Shown in pieces: positions 56,988-64,000 of a stretch of DNA of 64,000 nt (positions are counted from its first letter, which is position 1; each line of letters starts with the position of its first letter). A program made the position numbers and the translations under genes. Below the pieces are notes generated by a model. It saw only the letters and a list, made by a program, of their open reading frames with translations. It did not search any database and was not told the DNA's origin. The stretch comes from Candidatus Woesearchaeota archaeon (GTDB lineage Archaea > Nanobdellota > Nanobdellia > Woesearchaeales > GW2011-AR4): positions 18,811 to 82,810 of the forward strand of contig JAGVXT010000021.1 in NCBI GenBank assembly GCA_018303655.1. Reading direction: 5' to 3'.

Positions 56988-57003
56988 ATTTAAAAAGGTT
57001 TCT
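56988..57003 (-). promoter_or_regulatory. BRE/TATA promoter of the 5S rRNA gene
   Basis: Minus-strand AGAAACC-TTTTTAAAT about 24 nt upstream of the 5S 5' end. Confidence 0.6.
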
Positions 57004-58116
57004 CTATATTTCTACAATAACCTTCCTCTCTTTTTCATTAACTTCTTTTATTGTTTTGTGATTTTTTAATTTTTCCTTAATCTCTTTCCATGAATGTTTT
57101 TTCGATGCCTTATTGAGTTCGTCAATAATTTCTTTTATCAGCTGGTAGTTCTGGTAAATAAGCTCTCCTTTCTGCCTTGATTCGTGCTCTTCCTTTCTAA
57201 GCTCTCTTATTGTCTGCTGCTGGCTTTCGATGATTCTTTGCAGTTCCTTTAGCTTCTTGTCAAACTCTGTTTCTTTTGGCTCCTTGAAATGAGAGAAGAA
57301 AAATGAGACAGCCTCGCTGAATGCTGGAAATGATTTTTTTTGGTTATTTTTATAAAATTCAAAATCAAACGGAATGACATCAGCAACATTGTTATTTTCA
57401 TCGAAAACAACAAAAGCCTCAATTTTTTTATTTGTTATCTTTTTAATTGAGTTTGTGATTAATTGTGCTTGTTTTTTGTCAATGTTTTTCGGATTAATGC
57501 TTTTGTCAATATTTGAAATCAGGCAGACCTCCTCTGAATACAGGCCTCCTAAGCCAAGCTCTGTTGCCAGAGAAGTCACTAACGAGTCTTTTTTGGAATT
57601 TTTTAACAGAATTGCTAAATCCTCTTCCTTTAACTCAAATAAGTTATAGCTCATCACAGGATATACATATTTCAGTTTTGGCTTTATGCTCCTTTCCCGG
57701 AAATCATGGTGCTCAAGCGCATTCATAATTACATTATGCTCGTCGCAGAGAATTGCGTTTCCTTTTCCAAAGAATTCAGCATAAAGGAATTTCTTTTCTT
57801 CTTTGGCCCTGAACGTTAATTTTATGATTCTTTCAGGATTTATCTGTTCCATCTCTGTCAAAAAATACCCATCAATATGCTTCCTTAAAAACTGCCCGAA
57901 GCCAAGGATTTCCTCATAAGATTCCTTTTCTTCTGCAATGAAAATGGATTTTCCTATGTCAATCCGCAGAAGCCTTTTGCCTGCATTGGTCTTGTAAAGG
58001 CTGAAAACTATCAGTTCTTTCTCAGGCTGGTATATCTTGTCTATTCTTGAGTCTTTCAAGGCTTGCAGCTCTTTAACAAGGTAATGCAAATCTATTGACG
58101 ATAGCTGTTTTTTCAT
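57004..58116 (-). CDS. NFACT/Rqc2 (RqcH/FbpA) family protein, N-terminal and coiled-coil part only
   Basis: LSSIDL..LVKEL, RIDKIYQ, LRKHI, EQ..ERI, EFFGKGN.IL, GLGGLYSEE, GELIYQNY. Confidence 0.85.
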   Translation of the reverse strand: MKKQLSSIDLHYLVKELQALKDSRIDKIYQPEKELIVFSLYKTNAGKRLLRIDIGKSIFIAEEKESYEEILGFGQFLRKHIDGYFLTEMEQINPERIIKLTFRAKEEKKFLYAEFFGKGNAILCDEHNVIMNALEHHDFRERSIKPKLKYVYPVMSYNLFELKEEDLAILLKNSKKDSLVTSLATELGLGGLYSEEVCLISNIDKSINPKNIDKKQAQLITNSIKKITNKKIEAFVVFDENNNVADVIPFDFEFYKNNQKKSFPAFSEAVSFFFSHFKEPKETEFDKKLKELQRIIESQQQTIRELRKEEHESRQKGELIYQNYQLIKEIIDELNKASKKHSWKEIKEKLKNHKTIKEVNEKERKVIVEI

Positions 58117-58490
58117 GCTTTCTTCAGAACTACCAAATCGCCGTTCTTAACACTGGAAAAGACTTTTGCATTTTTAACATTTCCGAAAACATTGACTTTT
58201 GAAGCTGCCCTTATTTCATTTCCTTTGGAAGCTGGAGTCTTGCCAAAAAATATGCAAAAGCAGCTGCCTTCAGGCCAATAGGCAATATCCCCTTCTGAGA
58301 CAACTTCTTTTGCATCAGGCTCAGCTTCAATATTTGCAGGAATCACAAAATAAATCTCGTCTTCCCACCTGTTCGCAGAGCCTTCTATCGGCAAAGCGTC
58401 ATAAACAGCTTTTGCTGTTGGGGTATTTTTAAGCTCTGCAACAGCATTTATTTGTCCAGAAGTAATTTTCATTTTCATTTTCATTTTCAT
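58113..58490 (-). CDS. Cyclophilin-like fold protein (DUF369/TM1367 type)
   Basis: TPTA....ALP...NRW.DEIYF, GDIAYWP.G..CIFFG.TP; start lies within the (ATGAAA)4 repeat. Confidence 0.85.
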   Translation of the reverse strand: MKMKMKMKITSGQINAVAELKNTPTAKAVYDALPIEGSANRWEDEIYFVIPANIEAEPDAKEVVSEGDIAYWPEGSCFCIFFGKTPASKGNEIRAASKVNVFGNVKNAKVFSSVKNGDLVVLKKA

Positions 58491-58502
58491 TTTAATTTTA
58501 AT
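58467..58502 (-). repeat. Hexamer tandem repeat (ATGAAA)4 preceded by (ATTAAA)2 at the gene start
   Basis: Plus strand TTTCAT x4 followed by TTTAAT x2. Confidence 0.8.
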
Positions 58503-58543
58503 ATAGGTATAGGCGAGGCAAAAATTATTGGTAGGAAAATTTT

Positions 58544-58646
58544 TGCCGAGCACAGTGAGCTGAGCGAGTGAGATGCTTGCGAGTCCGACGAGCAAGCTCG
58601 CGGACAAGTCGAGCTATCGCATTTGACTGTTGTTGCGAAGCAACGG
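58544..58646. other. GC-rich structured intergenic element (REP-like or ncRNA)
   Basis: Hairpins CGAGC-AA-GCTCG inside TCCG/CGGA, and GTTGC-GAA-GCAAC. Confidence 0.45.
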
Positions 58647-58682
58647 ATTAAAATTGTGTACTATTTTAATGATTTTTAATTA

Positions 58683-59864
58683 TCAAATTTCTTCATTTTC
58701 TATTTTGACAGCCTTCTGCTTAAGCCAGTTCTCTATCCTGTCCATGCCTCTCTCAATCTCCTTTATAGAGGTTGCATAGCTTAATCTTACGTGCCTGTCG
58801 CTTCCAAATGCAATTCCGGGAACAACAGCAACAAGTGCTTCATCAAGCAGCTTTGATACAAATTCCATTGATGACATTCCAGTTTCACTTATATCGGGAA
58901 AAGCGTAAAACGCGCCTTCAGGCTCAACGCAGCTTATTCCGCCAATTTCGTTCAGCCTTTTATGGATGAATTTTCTTCTTTCATCAAAGGCATGCACCAT
59001 CTGCCTTACACTCTCTTGAGGCCCGTTCAACGCTTCCAATGCAGCATACTGGGCAATGCTTGTAGGATTGCTTGTGGAATGGCTTTGCAGGTTGTCCATT
59101 GCCTTGATGATTTCCTTCGGGCCTGCTGTATATCCAATTCTCCATCCGGTCATTGCATAAGTTTTTGAAACAGAATTGGACAATATCGTCAGGTTTTTGA
59201 TTTCTTCATTTAAAGAGCCAATGCTTAAGTGCTTCACATCTCCATAGGTGAAATGCTCGTAAACTTCATCAGACAAAACATAGAAATTGTGCTCAACAGC
59301 AAGCTTTGCTATTTTTTTTATTTCCTCATGGCTTACTATTGCGCCGCTGGGATTGCTTGGAGAATTTAGGATAAGCATCTTTGTCCTTGGGGTTATTTTT
59401 TCTTCTACCATGTCTGCTGTTAATTTAAATTTCTCATCAGTTTTGCATAACACCGGCTTTGCTTCAGCTATCTTTATCATCTCCTCGTAGCTTACCCAGT
59501 AAGGAACAGGCAAGATTGCCTCATCACCTTTGTCAAGAACAGCCATTGCAATGTTGAAAAGCGAATGCTTGCCTCCGCAGCTTACCAGTATTTCAGAAAC
59601 ACCATAATCTATGTTATTATCCCTTTTTAGCTTGTCAGCTACAGCCTTCTTTAATTCCGGAATGCCTCCAACAGGAGTATATCTTGTAAAATTGCTGTCA
59701 ATCGCCTTCTTTGCAGCAAGCTTTATGTTATCTGGGGTGTTAAAGTCAGGCTCCCCTGCCCCGAAGATAACAACATCCTTGCCATCTTTCTTAAGATGCT
59801 TTGCTTTGGCATCAATTGCAAGCGTAGCACTCGGCGCAATGTTTCTTACCCTTTGTGCTATCAT
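58683..59864 (-). CDS. aspC: Aspartate/aromatic aminotransferase class I/II
   Basis: GEPDF, NSPSNPSG, SDEVY, SKTYAMTGWRIG, VRLSYA. Confidence 0.92.
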   Translation of the reverse strand: MIAQRVRNIAPSATLAIDAKAKHLKKDGKDVVIFGAGEPDFNTPDNIKLAAKKAIDSNFTRYTPVGGIPELKKAVADKLKRDNNIDYGVSEILVSCGGKHSLFNIAMAVLDKGDEAILPVPYWVSYEEMIKIAEAKPVLCKTDEKFKLTADMVEEKITPRTKMLILNSPSNPSGAIVSHEEIKKIAKLAVEHNFYVLSDEVYEHFTYGDVKHLSIGSLNEEIKNLTILSNSVSKTYAMTGWRIGYTAGPKEIIKAMDNLQSHSTSNPTSIAQYAALEALNGPQESVRQMVHAFDERRKFIHKRLNEIGGISCVEPEGAFYAFPDISETGMSSMEFVSKLLDEALVAVVPGIAFGSDRHVRLSYATSIKEIERGMDRIENWLKQKAVKIENEEI

Positions 59865-59950
59865 TCAACCACCCAGTTTTTTTTTTGGCTATCAAACTTA
59901 TGTCAAAAACCAAGTATTTATAATACTTTTTATATTGGTTTTTGAGCGGT

Positions 59951-59984
59951 GACATGCGAAAGCTCGCTTTCGCTCGCTTATGTC
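59951..59984. other. GC-rich intergenic hairpin
   Basis: GCGAAAGC-TC-GCTTTCGC perfect stem within GACAT/ATGTC. Confidence 0.5.
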
Positions 59985-60004
59985 GGGCGAAAATCTCCTA
60001 TGTA

Positions 60005-60517
60005 TTATTTAATAAGTTTGGAAATTTTTGACATATTAAAGCTTTTTGTAGTGTCAATCTCTATTATCTTGTGTTTTTTCTTTTTTGCCTCTTCAAGGCA
60101 CACATTGAATATTTCTGCCTGAATGTTTTCCTCTATTTTATTTTTTGAATATTTTCGCTTTTTCAGCCTTTTATTCAGTTCTTTGATGTTGCACTTTGTG
60201 ACAATGCAGAAATCAACATATTTTTTGGGCAGATAATGCGAAAGGTGCGAGTCAATAACTATCCCTTTGTATTTTTTAATTCTATTTTTAGTAATGTTTG
60301 ATTTTTTTAATGTTTTGATTTTTTTAATGAGAAGTTTATTAAGTTTTTTAATGTCTACAATTTTTGTTTTTCTCTTTCTGTCGTAGCCTTCTGACAATTT
60401 GTATTTGTTTATGATCTTGTTAACATCCAGATAATGATATTTCAGCCTATTGGCTAGTTTTTTTGCTATAGTTGTTTTTCCTGTTCCAGGCGTTCCTGTC
60501 ACTATTATGGTTTTCAT
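60005..60517 (-). CDS. Fap7/AK6-type adenylate kinase/ATPase
   Basis: TGTPGTGKTT, DSHLSH, RL..R.Y...KI.EN.QAE. Confidence 0.9.
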   Translation of the reverse strand: MKTIIVTGTPGTGKTTIAKKLANRLKYHYLDVNKIINKYKLSEGYDRKRKTKIVDIKKLNKLLIKKIKTLKKSNITKNRIKKYKGIVIDSHLSHYLPKKYVDFCIVTKCNIKELNKRLKKRKYSKNKIEENIQAEIFNVCLEEAKKKKHKIIEIDTTKSFNMSKISKLIK

Positions 60518-60571
60518 TGAGGAAAGCTAACCATCATTATATTTAAATATTCTTAATCAATTCTATGGCTT

Positions 60572-60982
60572 ATGCAGGAAGAGATTATTTTATCAACCTC
60601 AAAAAAGCAGGAATTGGCTGATATAACCGATAAGGTAAACGGCATAATTAAAAAGTCAAAAGTCAAAAATGGAATATGCAGCGTATTTGCAGCCCATGCA
60701 ACAGCAGCAATAATTATAAATGAGAACTACGACCCAAACATATGCCTGGATTTGCTGGATGCATTAAACAAATTGATACCAGCAGGAGTCTGGCGGCATG
60801 ACAGAATTGACGGGAATGCAGATGCCCATATAAAATCAGCAATATTGGGCCCAAGCGAGACAATACCTATAAAAAATGGCGAGCTTGATTTGGGTAGATG
60901 GCAGTCGTGCATGTTTGTAGAATTGGACGGCCCGAGAAGCAACAGAAAGATAATTGTAACAATACTGGGTGATAAAGATTAA
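60572..60982 (+). CDS. YjbQ/UPF0047 family protein
   Basis: HATAA..INEN.DP, H...GNADAHIK, LG.WQ....ELDGPR. Confidence 0.93.
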   Translation: MQEEIILSTSKKQELADITDKVNGIIKKSKVKNGICSVFAAHATAAIIINENYDPNICLDLLDALNKLIPAGVWRHDRIDGNADAHIKSAILGPSETIPIKNGELDLGRWQSCMFVELDGPRSNRKIIVTILGDKD

Positions 60983-61436
60983 CTGCGACTTGTGCGGCAA
61001 AACAACGGAAAGCCTTGCAAAAGCAATAATTGAAGGAGTGCAGCTTGATGTCTGCAGTGACTGCGCGAAATTCGGAAAAGTAATTGAAGCTGTAAAAAGA
61101 CCAAGCGCAAAAGAGCAACATAAGCAATATATCAAGCAGCAAGCAAAGGAAGAAAAGGTTGAGCTTCTTGTTGAAGATTACGCTGAAATAATCAAAAAGA
61201 AGCGTGAATCGATGGGATTGACGCAAAAAGACTTTGCAAACAGGATAAATGAAAAAGATGTTACAATCCACAAGATTGAAACAGGCTCATTTAACCCTCC
61301 TTTGCCTTTGGCCAAAAAACTTGAAAGATTTCTTGGAATAAAGATCATTGAGCAGCACGAGGAAAAATTTGAAAGCTCAAGGAAAAATAAAGATGAGGGA
61401 TTTACTTTAGGAGACTTTATTAAGCTTAAGAAGTGA
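60969..61436 (+). CDS. Archaeal multiprotein bridging factor 1 (Zn ribbon + HTH)
   Basis: CDLCG...IEG..L.VCSDCAKFG, HTH, C-terminal TLGD; GTG start. Confidence 0.93.
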   Translation: MIKINCDLCGKTTESLAKAIIEGVQLDVCSDCAKFGKVIEAVKRPSAKEQHKQYIKQQAKEEKVELLVEDYAEIIKKKRESMGLTQKDFANRINEKDVTIHKIETGSFNPPLPLAKKLERFLGIKIIEQHEEKFESSRKNKDEGFTLGDFIKLKK

Positions 61437-62808
61437 TTCTTCTGTAGATTTCATATCTACAAGAACCTTTTTCTTTTTCATACACTTTTTTGAACTTGGC
61501 AAGGGTGCTTTGCAGTATTTTCACATTTTCTTCGCACAAAGTGTCAATTTCGGCAGATGGGCAGGGAAGATCGCAGTTATTAAAAAGCACTATATCAGCT
61601 TTGTCTTTGTCTTTGCTGATAAGATTAATCATCTGCTGGGAAGAATACAAAAGGCCGCTGATTTTGATGTCAGAATGAAGCGCATATAATGGGTTTGTAA
61701 TCCACACATTGCCTTTATTGTCTTTAAGATAATTCTGAAGCTGCAAAAACCCTTCATCATCTGCCTGGGATATGTAGTTGACTTCGTTGAATGATTCAAA
61801 AACCGTTGAAATCCAGAACACACATATAATGCAAAATAATGCCAATGCGGTTTTTTTATAGCGTATTTTTTTGTATATTTCCAAAAGACAATGTGATGTA
61901 AGCAGGTACAGAAAAGGAAGAACAAGAAGCATAAACCTCATTTCCTTTTGCTTGACAAGAGTAAAGATGACAATATAGATTAATGGAGATAAAAATATTG
62001 AATAAAATGCAGGATTTCTTTGGAATGCAAACGGCAAAAAGAACAGCAATATCAAAAAGAAATTTTCTTTGAGCAGTCCGGTAATATAAAACCCACCTTC
62101 TTTGTACATCGGCCACCCGGTTGTCCTTGCCAGATAGCTTTGAGTTTTATAAGGCAGCAGCATATCGTGATACAAATAATGATTAACCAAAAGGTACAGC
62201 ACAATTGGCAGCAAAAACCCTATAGTTATGTAAAACAACCTTTTGTGAAAATTAGGTTTTTTATAAAAATAAATCAAAAATGGGATATAAAGTCCCAACA
62301 AAGCAAACACCTGGAAAAACCTTGTCATTACGGCAATGCCTGAAAAAAGCCCCATGAGAAAAAATTTATTGCTTAAAAAAAAGTAGAAAGCCAATAGCGC
62401 AAAGAAAGCAGATGGTATCTCTGTCAGTATGTTTGAGCTGAAAAAAAGAAAATTAAATGAAAATGCGGTAAAAAACGCTGCCAATAATCCTATTTTCTTT
62501 GAAAAGAGATTTAATCCAATTCTATAAGTCATAAAGATGGTAAGAACTGCAAATACAACAGACACAATCCTTGCAAAATATATGGCATCAAAGCCAAGCT
62601 TCCAGCCTATGCCGAGTATAAACGGGAATATCAATGGCCTTGACTCCTCCCACAAGCCTGATTTTCCTGATGAGAATATGTACTTTCCCATGCTGATATA
62701 TACAGAACTATCCCACCAGACATCCTTATAGAAATTAATAAAAAGCGCATTTGCGCAGATAAAAGCAAGCATTATTATGATTATTCCAATGTTGTTCTTA
62801 AGCCTCAT
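61426..62808 (-). CDS. GT-C membrane glycosyltransferase (ArnT/PMT-like)
   Basis: WWDSSVY, RP, multiple TMs, LTE, KEMRF. Confidence 0.82.
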   Translation of the reverse strand: MRLKNNIGIIIIMLAFICANALFINFYKDVWWDSSVYISMGKYIFSSGKSGLWEESRPLIFPFILGIGWKLGFDAIYFARIVSVVFAVLTIFMTYRIGLNLFSKKIGLLAAFFTAFSFNFLFFSSNILTEIPSAFFALLAFYFFLSNKFFLMGLFSGIAVMTRFFQVFALLGLYIPFLIYFYKKPNFHKRLFYITIGFLLPIVLYLLVNHYLYHDMLLPYKTQSYLARTTGWPMYKEGGFYITGLLKENFFLILLFFLPFAFQRNPAFYSIFLSPLIYIVIFTLVKQKEMRFMLLVLPFLYLLTSHCLLEIYKKIRYKKTALALFCIICVFWISTVFESFNEVNYISQADDEGFLQLQNYLKDNKGNVWITNPLYALHSDIKISGLLYSSQQMINLISKDKDKADIVLFNNCDLPCPSAEIDTLCEENVKILQSTLAKFKKVYEKEKGSCRYEIYRRITS

Positions 62809-62851
62809 TTTGTTAAAAAATACTCAGGAATAAATAATACTTTCTAAAGAA

Positions 62852-64000
62852 TCAGTCAATCTTGTTGCCGTGCTTGTTCAGCATGTACCATTCCATTGGG
62901 GTCTTGGACAATGCTTTGAAAATGCCGACATTCACATAATATGTGACAACCAATCCATAGCTGAATGAAGATGCTAACATTGGCAAAGACAATCTTGCCT
63001 TGTTTGCCTTTATAAGAGCAATGCAGCTTGCAAACAGCAAGCCGCTGGTCAATGCTATATTCCTTGTTAATTCGTAAAGGAATCTGCCCCATTCAATTGG
63101 GGCTGGAGCATGGGTTATAAAGCTCAGTGTTCCTGTTATGAAAAGCCCTGCCAAAAGCACTGAAATCAGGTAACCGCTGCAGAATATTCCCTGCATGTAA
63201 AACTTGTCTATAAAATTAAGATGATTGCTCTTAGCAATGTCTCTAAAATGCCTCTTCCATGAGTAGATAACCCCATAGGCCCATCTCATTTGCTGTTTGT
63301 ACAGGTCTTTAAGCGTGTACGGGACTTCACTATCACATTCTAGGTCATCAAGATATTTTATTTTATATCCTCTCTCAAGAAGCCTTAGGGAAAACTCTAT
63401 ATCCTCTGTCAGGTTTCCGCTTTCCCAGCCGCCAAGCTTGATTAGTACATCTTTCCTTACAGCTTCTGCAGAACCGCACAGAAAAGTAATCTTTCTCCTG
63501 TTGTATATGAATGGTATTGTTATATGGTGGCATGTTGAAACAATTGCCGCTCCAAGAGCAGTTATCATGTTCTGATTTGCATTTACCAATTTCCATCTTG
63601 CCTGCACGCCTGCTATTTTATCGTCTTTCATGAAAGGCTGCACAATTTTTTTTATAAAGTCTTCGTGCGGCATGAAATCAGAGTCAAAAATAACAAGGAT
63701 AGAGCCTTTTGAATGCTTCAGCATGTTGTTAAGGTTGCCTGGCTTATAGCCTTCATTGCTTTTTCTCTTGATTATTTTTACTAAATCATGCTCGTTTGCA
63801 AACTCCTGCAGTTTTTCTGAGATTTCCGGCTTGTTGCTGTCATCCCCTATTATTATTTCGTACTTGTCTTTTGGATAATCAAAACTCAAGCAGCTTTTGG
63901 CGCATCTTATGGCTGCAAGCTCATTAAATGTGGGAATCTGCACAGTGACAAAAGGTAGTTCTCCATCATAGCTTTTCTCATTTTTATGCTCCCGCTTCTT
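62852..64000 (-). CDS. Processive GT2 glycosyltransferase (cellulose-synthase-like), partial at the window end
   Basis: QIPTFNE, DDS, K.GNLN, FDSD, TED, QQMRW; frame open to position 64000. Confidence 0.9.
   Translation of the reverse strand, partial: KKREHKNEKSYDGELPFVTVQIPTFNELAAIRCAKSCLSFDYPKDKYEIIIGDDSNKPEISEKLQEFANEHDLVKIIKRKSNEGYKPGNLNNMLKHSKGSILVIFDSDFMPHEDFIKKIVQPFMKDDKIAGVQARWKLVNANQNMITALGAAIVSTCHHITIPFIYNRRKITFLCGSAEAVRKDVLIKLGGWESGNLTEDIEFSLRLLERGYKIKYLDDLECDSEVPYTLKDLYKQQMRWAYGVIYSWKRHFRDIAKSNHLNFIDKFYMQGIFCSGYLISVLLAGLFITGTLSFITHAPAPIEWGRFLYELTRNIALTSGLLFASCIALIKANKARLSLPMLASSFSYGLVVTYYVNVGIFKALSKTPMEWYMLNKHGNKID

Noticed and set aside
1652-63596. Many short antisense or overlapping ORFs in the six-frame track
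   Set aside because: They lie opposite or inside well-supported genes and have no recognisable motifs (shadow ORFs)
1-64000. CRISPR array, cas genes, tRNA genes, prophage
   Set aside because: No regularly spaced repeats, cloverleaf structures or hallmark proteins seen by eye

Overview
AT-rich archaeal DNA, most consistent with a DPANN lineage such as Woesearchaeota. The taxonomic call is inferred from TATA-box promoters, aMBF1, Fap7/AK6, an Rqc2-like gene, a stand-alone 5S rRNA gene and ITG-motif surface proteins. About 55 kb is a mosaic surface-glycosylation island. It holds GT2/GT4/GT-C transferases, two flippases, a Wbp/Wlb-type diacetamido-uronic acid pathway, an atypical nonulosonic-acid operon, a carbamoyltransferase, four B12-binding radical SAM enzymes, several methyltransferases, ugd/uxs, large secreted surface proteins and an IS5-family element, followed by housekeeping genes. 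The main finding is in the 5S rRNA gene (minus strand, ~56823-56966), which carries a 28-nt insert in loop C. The insert folds into a bulge-helix-bulge motif, and its predicted endonuclease cuts exactly restore the conserved CCGAAC sequence, so it is a candidate spliced intron in 5S rRNA. Also notable are two ribbon-helix-helix/sugar-enzyme fusions each with a candidate operator, an (AG)6-frameshifted methyltransferase, an unannotated desulforedoxin-like microprotein and two convergent Pol-beta-like nucleotidyltransferases.
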